From sequence record NC_054913.1: 64,000 nt of DNA. One strand, 5' to 3'. The DNA is from Escherichia phage F2. Every line of letters starts with the position of its first letter. Positions within the stretch are counted from its first letter, which is position 1. The notes beneath the pieces were generated by a model, which worked only from the letters and a program-made list of their open reading frames with translations, searched no databases and was not told the origin of the DNA. The translations under genes were made by a program, and so were the position numbers. This document shows, one piece after another, positions 18,331 through 27,653 of the stretch.

Positions 18331-18358
18331 TGTACACTACCTGAGGGCATGATATTAT
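18331..18358 (+). promoter_or_regulatory. early promoter-like module (TGTACA -35 variant, TATTAT -10, ctatca)
   Basis: tgtacac ... gatattatagacctatcagc. Confidence 0.35.
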
Positions 18359-18407
18359 AGACCTATCAGCTAAATGACCTAACGTCCGTAAGACAGAGGA
18401 AAATATT

Positions 18408-19154
18408 ATGTTATCAAATAATAAAATTAACAAAATCAATCGTCGTCTTGACCACACCAGAGCTTCTGCGAAGAGACGCTCTAAGGATTTTAACTTAGAC
18501 TTTAATTACCTTAAAAACATTCTTGATCAAAAGGTCTGCGCTTACTCAGGTGAATCTTTCAATAACTCTGTTGAAGGTGAGAAATTATCCTTAGAACGTT
18601 TTAATAACGATATAGGCTACATTAAAGGTAATGTTATCCCAGTTAAGAAAAAATATAACACGGCTCGTTCTGATTTAACATTAGAAGAACTTATTGAAAA
18701 ACGTGATGCCATTGCAAGACGTATCGCTAATCCTTCTGCCCGTAAAGTAGAGAAACTTAATCTCGACGAGAAGAAATGGGCCCAAATTAAAAAGGTTTAT
18801 GGTACTATTTTAAAAATCCGAGCAAAACGTGAAAATCGTGTTAAGCATATGGCGAACATGATGAAAAATCAACCTTTATCTAACGAATCTAAACTTAGAA
18901 TTGTTGCTTTGAAAGCACGCATTAATGGCTCACATCAAGCAGAAGGCCATGAACTTACTAAACTCAACGTTCTTCTTAAAGGCTCTGACTGGAAAACTAA
19001 AACTAAATTAACTGACGCTGAATCGCTTTTCGATACATATGATAAAGTTATCCAAGGTCTGCAACGTTTTGAAAAGATTGGTTTCATTGGTAAATTAAAA
19101 TTGAAACGTGGCTTACCACTTAGCGCATCATTATTCCAACTGATTAAAGGTTAA
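18408..19154 (+). CDS. hypothetical basic protein (T4 srd position)
   Basis: 248 aa lysine/arginine-rich ORF immediately upstream of dda region; identity not verifiable by eye. Confidence 0.5.
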   Translation: MLSNNKINKINRRLDHTRASAKRRSKDFNLDFNYLKNILDQKVCAYSGESFNNSVEGEKLSLERFNNDIGYIKGNVIPVKKKYNTARSDLTLEELIEKRDAIARRIANPSARKVEKLNLDEKKWAQIKKVYGTILKIRAKRENRVKHMANMMKNQPLSNESKLRIVALKARINGSHQAEGHELTKLNVLLKGSDWKTKTKLTDAESLFDTYDKVIQGLQRFEKIGFIGKLKLKRGLPLSASLFQLIKG

Positions 19155-19156
19155 TT

Positions 19157-19468
19157 ATGGTTTATGTATATGCAATAGTTTATCGAGATATGGAAGGATT
19201 TACTGTCCCGGTTCCACTTGATGAGCATCGTCCTGCAGTATTTTTTAGAAAGGATATTGCAGATAAAGTTTTTGATACTTTGAAAACACAGTATAAAACA
19301 GATTTAAAAATGGGAGTTCTAAGAATGGTCGAAACTCCGCGTAAGTTCTGGTTTAATAAGCTTGAAATGAAACACGTTAAACTAGATGCGGAGACGCAAA
19401 AATTGTATCAACGAATCCTGGACACAGGCCGTATTGTTAGTATTCCAATTGCAGGGACTTTACGATGA
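19157..19468 (+). CDS. hypothetical protein (dda.1 position)
   Basis: 103 aa ORF whose stop overlaps dda start. Confidence 0.5.
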   Translation: MVYVYAIVYRDMEGFTVPVPLDEHRPAVFFRKDIADKVFDTLKTQYKTDLKMGVLRMVETPRKFWFNKLEMKHVKLDAETQKLYQRILDTGRIVSIPIAGTLR

Positions 19469-20778
19469 CATTTGATGATTTGACTGAAGGTCAGAAAAAC
19501 GCCTTCAACGTTGTTATGAACGCTATTAAAGAAAAGAAACATCACGTAACTATTAATGGGCCTGCCGGTACAGGTAAAACAACCCTTACTAGATTCATCG
19601 TTGAAGCCCTTATTTCTTCTGGAGAATCAGGTATTATTTTAGCAGCCCCTACACATGCTGCTAAAAAGGTTCTAAGCAAACTCGCTGGTCAAGAAGCATC
19701 GACTATTCATAGCATTCTTAAAATCAACCCAACTACATACGAAGAAAACGTATTGTTTGAACAGAAAAAGGTCCCAGACTTAGCCTTGTGTCGTGTACTG
19801 TTATTTGATGAAGCGTCAATGTGCGACCGTTCTCTGTTTAAAATAATGTTAGCTAGTATCCCTAAATGGTGTACAGTAATTGGAATCGGCGACCGTTGCC
19901 AGATTCGTCCGGTAGACCCAGGCGAATCAACTGCGTATCTAAGTCCTTTCTTCACTCACAAAGACTTCGTGCAATGCAACCTTACAGAAGTTAAACGTAG
20001 CAATGCACCAATTATTGATGTTGCGACTGATATTCGTAATGGGAAATGGATTTACGATAAAGTAGTTGATGGACATGGTGTTCACGGATATACCGACCTT
20101 AAATCGTATATGATGAACTATTTTAACGTCGTTAAAACTCCTGAAGACCTTTTCGAAAATCGAATGATGGCATTCACAAATAAGTCGGTGGACAAGTTAA
20201 ATTCAATTATTCGCCGAAAACTTCTTGAAACAGAAAAACCATTTATTAAAGACGAAGTCATTGTTCTACAAGAGCCGTTTACTAAGACATATAAGCTAGA
20301 TGGTAAAAATATGACCGAAATGCTTTTCAATAACGGCCAATTCGTTCGTATTCGAGATGCTGTAGAAACGTCTACATTCGTTAAAGCACGTGGTGTTTCA
20401 GGCGAATATATGATACGATACTGGAATCTTACAGTAGAAACATACGGGGATGATGAAGAATACATCCGCGAAGATATAAAGGTTATTTCTTCTGAAGAAG
20501 AGCTTTATAAATTCAATTTGTTTTTGGCTAAGACCGCAGAAACATACAAATTTTGGAATAAAGGTGGTAAAGCTCCATGGAGCGAATTCTGGGATGCTAA
20601 ACGTATGTTCACTAAGGTGAAGGCACTACCAGTATCGACCTTCCATAAGGCCCAGGGTATGTCTGTTGACACGGCCTTTGTTTATACACCGTGTATCCAT
20701 TATGCTGATTCAGAATTAGCTAAACAGTTATTGTATGTTGGCACAACTCGTGGTCGGTTTGACGTCCATTTTATTTGA
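19465..20778 (+). CDS. dda: Dda DNA helicase (SF1B)
   Basis: 437 aa; Walker A GPAGTGKTT, Walker B LLFDEASM; matches T4 Dda. Confidence 0.9.
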   Translation: MTFDDLTEGQKNAFNVVMNAIKEKKHHVTINGPAGTGKTTLTRFIVEALISSGESGIILAAPTHAAKKVLSKLAGQEASTIHSILKINPTTYEENVLFEQKKVPDLALCRVLLFDEASMCDRSLFKIMLASIPKWCTVIGIGDRCQIRPVDPGESTAYLSPFFTHKDFVQCNLTEVKRSNAPIIDVATDIRNGKWIYDKVVDGHGVHGYTDLKSYMMNYFNVVKTPEDLFENRMMAFTNKSVDKLNSIIRRKLLETEKPFIKDEVIVLQEPFTKTYKLDGKNMTEMLFNNGQFVRIRDAVETSTFVKARGVSGEYMIRYWNLTVETYGDDEEYIREDIKVISSEEELYKFNLFLAKTAETYKFWNKGGKAPWSEFWDAKRMFTKVKALPVSTFHKAQGMSVDTAFVYTPCIHYADSELAKQLLYVGTTRGRFDVHFI

Positions 20779-20787
20779 GAGAAAATT

Positions 20788-21465
20788 ATGAGCACTGATG
20801 TTATTATAGATTTTGAAACATTCGGCAATACATCAAAAGCGGCTGTTATTGACCTTGCGGTTATTGCATATGATTCCGACCCTGAAGTTGTTGAATCATT
20901 TGAAGAACTTGTTCAACGAGGTAAGCGAATTAAATTTAATTTAGCTTCTCAGAAAGGGAAGCGAGTTTTCGCTAAATCCACTATGAAATGGTGGAAAGAA
21001 CAATCGGCCGAAGCACGTAAAAACTTGGCTCCGTCTGAAGACGATGTCACTACGCTTGAAGGCATTAAAATCTTTTTAGATTATTGCCGAGCTAATAAAG
21101 TTGACCAATGGAAATCACAGATGTGGTGCCGTGGTATGAGCTTTGACTTCCCGATCTTGGTCGATTTGATTCGTGACCTCTATCGTGATGAAGGTGTTCT
21201 TGAACCAGATATTGATACTGATAAATTAGAACCGGTTAAATTCTGGGCTCAACGCGATATTCGTACTGCAATCGAAGCTTACTCGTTGACACGAGGATTA
21301 AGTATGTGTCCATTACCGATGGGTACGCTAAAAGGATTCGTTGCCCATGATAGTATTCATGATTGTGCTAAAGATATTTTGATGTTAAAATATGCTCAGC
21401 GTTATGCGCTTGGTCTTGAAGATGTCCCTGAGAATCCTGACCCGTTAAGTGTAAAACAGCGATAA
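20788..21465 (+). CDS. dexA: exonuclease A (DexA, DEDD 3'-5' exonuclease)
   Basis: IIDFETFG...WCRGMSFDFPILVDLIRD...GFVAHDSIHDCAKDILM matches T4 DexA. Confidence 0.85.
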   Translation: MSTDVIIDFETFGNTSKAAVIDLAVIAYDSDPEVVESFEELVQRGKRIKFNLASQKGKRVFAKSTMKWWKEQSAEARKNLAPSEDDVTTLEGIKIFLDYCRANKVDQWKSQMWCRGMSFDFPILVDLIRDLYRDEGVLEPDIDTDKLEPVKFWAQRDIRTAIEAYSLTRGLSMCPLPMGTLKGFVAHDSIHDCAKDILMLKYAQRYALGLEDVPENPDPLSVKQR

Positions 21466-21470
21466 AACCA

Positions 21471-21500
21471 GTTTACAACCAAGGACGGTTGGAGTATAAT
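21471..21500 (+). promoter_or_regulatory. T4-type early promoter module
   Basis: gtttac-N18-tataat. Confidence 0.45.
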
Positions 21501-21531
21501 CTTTCTATCTTAACCAAACAGGAAAAACATT

Positions 21532-22026
21532 ATGAATATCAATACTACGGCTACTTACATCCTGAAAGACGAAAAACAAATCAACTGGTACGGTGCTTCA
21601 GTGCGAGCTTACGAAAAGTTTTGTGAAATTTTAGGTGCCACTCAAGGTAATAGTTTCACTATTGTTAACTTTATCAAACAAGCTGAAGGCCCTTGGTTAT
21701 TCTTAGAAATTAAAAATTCATACGGTACAATTTCTACTACCGCCATTCCAAGCACCGACTTTGAACTGTTGATTGAAGAAGCACCTGTTAAAGATGGTCT
21801 CCACTTTGATATGGATATCGCTTGTATGTACGGTACTCTGATTAAGCCTATTGAGCCTACTGATTTGTTGTGTAAAGCTGTTTCAATTCGACGACCATTC
21901 GCTGGACCGGTAAGTGGCTGGGTAACTGACCAGTGGATTGAAGATGGGGTTGAACTTCTGAACGTTGTTCATGCCGGTGATTTTAGTGTGGTTCCACGTA
22001 GTGCTGTGGTTAATATCCTTAATTAA
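21532..22026 (+). CDS. hypothetical protein, paralog family member 1
   Basis: C-terminal block GWVTDQWIEDGVELLNVVHAGDFSVVP shared with the next two ORFs. Confidence 0.5.
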   Translation: MNINTTATYILKDEKQINWYGASVRAYEKFCEILGATQGNSFTIVNFIKQAEGPWLFLEIKNSYGTISTTAIPSTDFELLIEEAPVKDGLHFDMDIACMYGTLIKPIEPTDLLCKAVSIRRPFAGPVSGWVTDQWIEDGVELLNVVHAGDFSVVPRSAVVNILN

Positions 22027-22027
22027 T

Positions 22028-22058
22028 GTTGTACATCCAAGGATGGATGGAGTATAAT
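22028..22058 (+). promoter_or_regulatory. early promoter-like module (TTGTAC -35 variant, TATAAT -10)
   Basis: gttgtacatccaaggatggatggagtataat. Confidence 0.4.
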
Positions 22059-22088
22059 GAATTCAACTTAAACAAAGAGAGAAAAAAT

Positions 22089-22586
22089 ATGATTACTATT
22101 GGTGAAATCCTTCGTGTATCTCCTGCTTCTCGTTCTAAAGCTGCAGGTCGTCTGGTTGAAGTAGCAGGGCTTCGTACTAACGGCATGGGACGTGTTAAAG
22201 AAGTTAAAGTTCGAATCATGCCCAGTTTTGGCGGACAAGATGCCCAGTATGCTTACGTAAGTCCTAAATTCCTGGAAAAACATATACGAGTCCAATTTGC
22301 TTCAAGCGAAGAAGTTGCACCTGCACACTTTGCTTCAAGCGATATCGTTGAGCCTAATGTACAGTTCAAATGGGCCTTGTGTAAAGGCGTTGAATTTATA
22401 ACCGATAAAGAATTCGATTACATCGACGAATACGGTTATCCAAGCACAACCGATACCATGTGTGGCTTCATTAGTGACCAATGGGTAGAAGATGGCGAAA
22501 AGTTATACAATATCGTATTCTTAGGTGACTTCCGAGTTGTTAAAGAATCTGAAATCACTCGCTATGTGTCTCCTCGTAAAGCTTAA
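22089..22586 (+). CDS. hypothetical protein, paralog family member 2
   Basis: VSPASRSKAAGRLVEV... and GFISDQWVEDGEKLYNIVFLGDFRVV shared with neighbours. Confidence 0.5.
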   Translation: MITIGEILRVSPASRSKAAGRLVEVAGLRTNGMGRVKEVKVRIMPSFGGQDAQYAYVSPKFLEKHIRVQFASSEEVAPAHFASSDIVEPNVQFKWALCKGVEFITDKEFDYIDEYGYPSTTDTMCGFISDQWVEDGEKLYNIVFLGDFRVVKESEITRYVSPRKA

Positions 22587-22595
22587 GGAATTATT

Positions 22596-23015
22596 ATGAA
22601 TATTGTAAATCTCTCTACAGGTGATTACGTATATGTATCTGTTGCTTCTCGCTCTAAAGTTGCCGGGAAGTTGGTTGAAGTTCTTTCTGTGAGTGATCCG
22701 GTTTTTGGACGTAACGAAGTTAAAGTTCGTGACGCTGATGGTAACATTGGTTATGTTAAAAGCCAATTCATTGAGCCAGAAGAACGTGTGTTCAAATGGA
22801 AACTGTGCAGGTCTGTTTTAGTTGTAAAAGACCGTGAATTCACTATTGCTGCGGCAACCGATGGAACGCCGTGGAAAACTAAGCAAATCGCCGGATTTAT
22901 TAGCGACCGTTGGGTAGAAGATGGTGTTAAGCTTTATAACATCGTTTTCGCCGGACAGTTCATGGTAGTTCCTGAGTTCCAAATCAAAAAATATTGTCCA
23001 GCATCTTTTGCATAA
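22596..23015 (+). CDS. hypothetical protein, paralog family member 3
   Basis: VSVASRSKVAGKLVEV... and GFISDRWVEDGVKLYNIVFAGQFMVV. Confidence 0.5.
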   Translation: MNIVNLSTGDYVYVSVASRSKVAGKLVEVLSVSDPVFGRNEVKVRDADGNIGYVKSQFIEPEERVFKWKLCRSVLVVKDREFTIAAATDGTPWKTKQIAGFISDRWVEDGVKLYNIVFAGQFMVVPEFQIKKYCPASFA

Positions 23016-23037
23016 AGTAGTTTACTTCTCCTCTAGA
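23009..23037 (+). promoter_or_regulatory. T4-type early promoter module
   Basis: gtttac-N17-tactatagacctatcaa. Confidence 0.45.
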
Positions 23038-23076
23038 TGTGTTACTATAGACCTATCAAAACAAGAGGAGAATATT

Positions 23077-23304
23077 ATGAAACGTCAAATCATTAAAAAC
23101 GTAACTACTGATTCAAACATCGATGAGTTTGAAGATGTTCTGTTTAATCCTGATTTAGTTGTTGTACAGAAAAACTGGACCGAATTTTTATGCTACACCG
23201 AAGTGGTTTACGTTTACGAAAAACTCGGTGATGAAATGCCTATCTATGGCATCTTCCGTGAAATCACTGAAAACGGTACAACTTATTGGAAGGAAACTTA
23301 CTAA
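23077..23304 (+). CDS. hypothetical protein
   Basis: SD AAGAGGAG before ATG. Confidence 0.45.
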   Translation: MKRQIIKNVTTDSNIDEFEDVLFNPDLVVVQKNWTEFLCYTEVVYVYEKLGDEMPIYGIFREITENGTTYWKETY

Positions 23305-23714
23305 TGGCTAATAAATTCCGCGTTAACTCATGGTACCAATTTATAGATAAACGTGCCCAAGAAGAGTTTATTAAAGACCACACTGATAATGGGATTTATG
23401 CACGACGTCTTGGCATGGAACCATTTAAAGTATTAGATGTTGACCATCTTGGTCGTCCTACTAAAATTTTAACATCTACTGGCACGGTTGGATACGCAAC
23501 AGGCGGTGATATCCTTGATGAAAACTTTATCTGGCTCTCCACGAATGAAGCAGAGTTCTTTGACGAAGTTGAAAATCCATATCAAGCGTCTGAAGAGCAA
23601 GATTCTGGTGAACTTGGTGAATTGTCTGAATTTCCTGTGATGACGATTACTATCGAAAATAATGACCAGGCATGGTCTTTGTATCAAATGTTGAAAGCAC
23701 ATTTTAAGGAATAA
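23304..23714 (+). CDS. hypothetical acidic protein
   Basis: TAATG overlap with upstream stop. Confidence 0.45.
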   Translation: MANKFRVNSWYQFIDKRAQEEFIKDHTDNGIYARRLGMEPFKVLDVDHLGRPTKILTSTGTVGYATGGDILDENFIWLSTNEAEFFDEVENPYQASEEQDSGELGELSEFPVMTITIENNDQAWSLYQMLKAHFKE

Positions 23715-23716
23715 TA

Positions 23717-23896
23717 ATGCCATTATACGACTATAAATGTCAATCTGAAGATTGTGGCCATGAATATGAAAAAATTAAAAGAATTTCTGAACGAGAAAAC
23801 GATGTTTGCCCTGAATGTCATCGTCTGTCTACTCGTCGGGTTTCTGCTCCTAAACATGTGAACGGTGGTTTTTACGACTTACTTAAGAAGGGTTAA
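23717..23896 (+). CDS. FmdB-like zinc-ribbon protein (59 aa), missing from ORF track
   Basis: MPLYDYKCQSEDCGHEYEKIKRISERENDVCPECHRLSTRRV...: CxxC...CPxC zinc ribbon; read directly from sequence. Confidence 0.5.
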   Translation: MPLYDYKCQSEDCGHEYEKIKRISERENDVCPECHRLSTRRVSAPKHVNGGFYDLLKKG

Positions 23897-23898
23897 TT

Positions 23899-24324
23899 AT
23901 GGCTTTTAAAGGTTTTGAAGTTGGTAAGAAATATCGTATTATCAAAGGACAGGAAGATAATTTCTTGAGAATTCTTAATACGACTGGTAAACGTCTTAAT
24001 ACTAATCTGCATACTACTTTATTGTCCAAAGATTTTATTGTAGAAGAGATGATTGGTTACGGTGTTTCGGTTATTGCCGTAGAAGCCGTAGGCGATTATG
24101 GCCGAACTATTCATAGTATGCAAGGTGATATTCTGCTTTATGGTGCAGAATTTAAATTCTTTGAAGAAGTTCCGGAACCAGATACAGCTGTCGATTTCAA
24201 AAAAGGCTCTGTAGAATTTGTTGATGGTTCGGTGATCGTATCAGGTGATGTGGTCATTACAGTTAAAAGTGAACAAGGGCGTTTGGCTGCAATTGATGCA
24301 CTTCAGAAAATTAAATTTAAATAA
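23899..24324 (+). CDS. hypothetical protein
   Basis: 141 aa ORF followed by terminator. Confidence 0.5.
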   Translation: MAFKGFEVGKKYRIIKGQEDNFLRILNTTGKRLNTNLHTTLLSKDFIVEEMIGYGVSVIAVEAVGDYGRTIHSMQGDILLYGAEFKFFEEVPEPDTAVDFKKGSVEFVDGSVIVSGDVVITVKSEQGRLAAIDALQKIKFK

Positions 24325-24346
24325 GGGCTTCGGCCCTTTTTGCTTT
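24323..24346 (+). terminator. rho-independent terminator
   Basis: aagggcttcggccctt + ttttgcttt. Confidence 0.7.
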
Positions 24347-24387
24347 AGATTTCGGATGATAGAATACCTTCATAACGAGGAGACAAC

Positions 24388-26205
24388 ATGATTAAAAATG
24401 AAATTAAGGTATTGTCAGATGTAGAACATATTAAGAAACGAAGTGGCATGTATATTGGTTCTTCGGCCAAAGAAGCCCACGAGCGTTTTTTGTTTGGTAA
24501 ATATCAACAAGTTGAATATGTTCCTGGTCTGGTTAAATTAATCGATGAGATTATTGACAACTCGGTTGATGAAGCTATTCGTACATCATTTAAGTTTGCA
24601 AATAAAATTGATGTGCAAATTAAAAATAATCAAGTCTCAGTAGAAGATAACGGACGTGGTATTCCTCAAGGTTTAGTTACCGACCAAACAGGTGAACAAA
24701 TTCCTGGGCCTGTAGCAGCCTGGACTATTCCAAAGGCCGGCGGTAACTTTGGTGATGACTCTGAACGTAAGACCGGTGGTATGAACGGCGTCGGGAGTAG
24801 TTTAACTAATATCTTCTCTACGTTGTTTACAGGCATCACGTCAGATGGCGAAAATGAAATCACTGTTAACTGTTCAAACGGAATGGAAAACAAATCATGG
24901 TCTTCTAAGAAATCTAAAGGTAAAGGCACTAAAGTAATCTTCACTCCCGATTTCTCTTCATTTGAAGAGCATAATTTATCTCAAATTTATTTAGATATTA
25001 CTTTAGACCGACTTCAAACATTGGCAGTCGTTTATCCTGATATCAAGTTCACATTTAATGGTAAAAAGGTTGATGGTAATTTTAAACGATTTGCTAAACA
25101 ATTTGGTGAAGATAACATCATTCAAGAAAATGATAAAGTCTCTATAGCATTCACAACATCACCAGACGGCTTCCGTCATTTAACTTATGTGAATAACATT
25201 CATACTAAAAATGGTGGTCATCATGTTGAATGTGTAATGGATGATATCTGCGAACATCTTTTGCCCGGCATTAAAAAGAAATATAAGGGTATTGAAGTCA
25301 CTAAAGCTCGTGTTAAAGAATGTCTCACAATGTTGATGTTTATTAGAGACATGAGCAACATGCGTTTTGATTCTCAGACTAAAGAACGTTTAACGTCAAC
25401 GTATGGTGATATTCGTAATCATATCCAATTAGATGCTAAGAAAATTGCTCAGGCACTTCTTAAAAATGAAGCTTTGATTATGCCTATTGTTGAAGCAGCA
25501 TTAGCTCGTAAATTGGCAGCAGAAAAGGCTGCAGAAACTAAAGCAGCTAAAAAGGCAACTAAAGCTAAGGTTCATAAGCATATTAAAGCTAACCAATGTG
25601 GTAAAGATGCGGATACGACATTGTTTTTAACAGAAGGTGATTCGGCAATTGGTTATCTCATTGATGTTCGTGACCGTGAACTACACGGCGGATTCCCATT
25701 ACGTGGTAAGGTGATGAATAGCTGGGGTATGTCATATGCTGATATGATGAAGAACAAAGAGCTCTTTGATATCTGTGCTATCACAGGTCTTATTCTTGGT
25801 GAAAAGGCAGAGAATACAAACTATCGTAATATTGCAATTATGACTGATGCCGATCATGATGGTCTTGGAAGTATTTATCCGGCTTTGCTTGCTTTCTTTA
25901 GTAATTGGCCTGAATTGTTTGAACAAGGACGTATTCGCTTTGTTAAAACGCCTGTAATTATTGCACAAATTGGCAAAACACAAAAATGGTTTTATACTGT
26001 AGCTGAGTATGAAGAAGCTAAAGATACACTTCCTAAGCATAGTATTCGATACATCAAGGGATTGGGCTCCCTTGAAAAGTCAGAATATCGTGAAATGATT
26101 CAGAACCCTGTGTACGACGTAGTTAAACTTCCTGAAAATTGGAAAGAACTCTTTGAAATGTTGTTGGGTGATGATTCAGAACTTCGTAAAGAATGGATGT
26201 CCTAA
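24388..26205 (+). CDS. 39: type II DNA topoisomerase large (ATPase) subunit, gp39 with gp60-equivalent C-terminus fused
   Basis: GHKL ATPase motifs (LIDEIIDNSVDEA, GxxGxG region) and Toprim region; 605 aa, about the sum of T4 gp39 + gp60. Confidence 0.9.
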   Translation: MIKNEIKVLSDVEHIKKRSGMYIGSSAKEAHERFLFGKYQQVEYVPGLVKLIDEIIDNSVDEAIRTSFKFANKIDVQIKNNQVSVEDNGRGIPQGLVTDQTGEQIPGPVAAWTIPKAGGNFGDDSERKTGGMNGVGSSLTNIFSTLFTGITSDGENEITVNCSNGMENKSWSSKKSKGKGTKVIFTPDFSSFEEHNLSQIYLDITLDRLQTLAVVYPDIKFTFNGKKVDGNFKRFAKQFGEDNIIQENDKVSIAFTTSPDGFRHLTYVNNIHTKNGGHHVECVMDDICEHLLPGIKKKYKGIEVTKARVKECLTMLMFIRDMSNMRFDSQTKERLTSTYGDIRNHIQLDAKKIAQALLKNEALIMPIVEAALARKLAAEKAAETKAAKKATKAKVHKHIKANQCGKDADTTLFLTEGDSAIGYLIDVRDRELHGGFPLRGKVMNSWGMSYADMMKNKELFDICAITGLILGEKAENTNYRNIAIMTDADHDGLGSIYPALLAFFSNWPELFEQGRIRFVKTPVIIAQIGKTQKWFYTVAEYEEAKDTLPKHSIRYIKGLGSLEKSEYREMIQNPVYDVVKLPENWKELFEMLLGDDSELRKEWMS

Positions 26206-26230
26206 GCTCCTTCGGGAGCTTCATTTTAAT
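26204..26230 (+). terminator. rho-independent terminator after gene 39
   Basis: aagctccttcgggagctt + cattttaatttt. Confidence 0.6.
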
Positions 26231-26247
26231 TTTAATAAGGCTTAATT

Positions 26248-27348
26248 ATGAAAGTTATGTTTATCCCATCTCGTGCAGTCCCGTTTAATCCTGACCGTGT
26301 ACAAGGTGGCCTTGAAGCAGTACATTTAAATGTGTTGAAATATCTTGTGTCCATCGGCGCTGATATTGATTATATCGGCTTTGATAATGACACGTTTGGT
26401 GATTGGAAAGTTACACACCATCCTGTTGGTCATCTGACTAAATTCAGTCTAGGTATGAGTTATACTATGGCTCGTAAGATTGTTGAACTAGCCGGCATCC
26501 ATGAATACGATTTTGTTGTTACTATGGAACCGACTAAACTAACCGTTCAGGCAATTAAAGACGCAGGTCTCTCTAAAGTTCATAAGAATTTTATGGCAAC
26601 ACCATTTGAACCGGTATCTCGTGGCATTGTTCAAATTTGGGACCAGACTATTCAAATTCATAAGAATGGTGGTAAGAGTTATGCTCCTACTAAAGCCTTC
26701 CGTGAATTTGAACGCAAATATTGTTATATGACTTCAGGTCTGACTGACAAAATTGATTATGATTATTGGCGAGCAAATCCGTTGTTTGAAGCCGAAGATT
26801 ATCCGGTTATTTGTTTGAATGAGAAACCTGAAGTTCTTCCGGCGACTGATCTGATTATTAGTGCACAACGTTATGACACTAAAATGCGTCGCACTGATGT
26901 TGCTCTTGAAGCAATTAAAGCACTAGGCGAAAATGGTGTAGGATACTGTCCAAGCAAATGGGCACCACCAGCTAAATATCCTGTTATTATTGATGCTCCA
27001 CACAGTGAAATCATGGAACGTCTTAAAACAGCTAAAGCACTTATTAATACTTGTCCTGACACAGGTACAGTAGAGAATAGTTCTATTGAAGCCATCTCTA
27101 AAGGTGTCCCTGTAATCCAGTTAGTTTTTAAGGATTATCCTCATGCGACATTTGAATACGACCCAGATACTGTGCGTGTAGAAATTGATTCCTCTACTCC
27201 TAAGAAAGAAGTAGTTGCGCTTTACACAAAAGCTGTATTAGAATTCACTGATACATACGAAGCTCGAGTTAAACGTGCTGAAGCAGTATGGAAGAAGTAT
27301 AACCGAGATGCAGTTGTTGCGATGTGGGATAAAATCTTCACAGCGTAA
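26248..27348 (+). CDS. GT-B-like glycosyltransferase candidate (possible DNA sugar transferase)
   Basis: N-terminal VQGGLEAVHLNVLKYLVSIGADI and C-terminal TGTVENSSIEAISKGVPVIQ resemble GT4-family GG motif and E-x7-E donor-binding motif; located between 39 and rIIA. Confidence 0.55.
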   Translation: MKVMFIPSRAVPFNPDRVQGGLEAVHLNVLKYLVSIGADIDYIGFDNDTFGDWKVTHHPVGHLTKFSLGMSYTMARKIVELAGIHEYDFVVTMEPTKLTVQAIKDAGLSKVHKNFMATPFEPVSRGIVQIWDQTIQIHKNGGKSYAPTKAFREFERKYCYMTSGLTDKIDYDYWRANPLFEAEDYPVICLNEKPEVLPATDLIISAQRYDTKMRRTDVALEAIKALGENGVGYCPSKWAPPAKYPVIIDAPHSEIMERLKTAKALINTCPDTGTVENSSIEAISKGVPVIQLVFKDYPHATFEYDPDTVRVEIDSSTPKKEVVALYTKAVLEFTDTYEARVKRAEAVWKKYNRDAVVAMWDKIFTA

Positions 27349-27440
27349 ATCCTGAATAGCCTGAGGCACTATTACACATAAGATGATAGATTATATGGTC
27401 TTTAGTAATAGTGCCCTAGGAATCTACTGAAGAGAATATT

Positions 27441-27641
27441 ATGAGAACATATAACGTGGACTTGGAACTTTTTGATAAAGCTGTGCTCCGGGAATTCCGG
27501 CTTATCCAAAGATTTTTTGATATCGAATCAGCTGAAGCCTTTAAAGAACGCTTTAAGGAAATTCGATATAAAATACAAACCGATACAGCTACTAAAGAAG
27601 AACTTCTTGAAGTAGCAGAAATTTTTAAACGTAACTTGTGA
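27441..27641 (+). CDS. hypothetical protein (rIIA.1 position)
   Basis: 66 aa ORF upstream of rIIA. Confidence 0.45.
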   Translation: MRTYNVDLELFDKAVLREFRLIQRFFDIESAEAFKERFKEIRYKIQTDTATKEELLEVAEIFKRNL

Positions 27642-27653
27642 TGAGAGAAAAAT

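Noticed and set aside
18408-19154. Assignment of the 248-aa basic protein as Srd
   Set aside because: Only positional evidence; I cannot recall the T4 Srd sequence well enough to confirm, so left as hypothetical.
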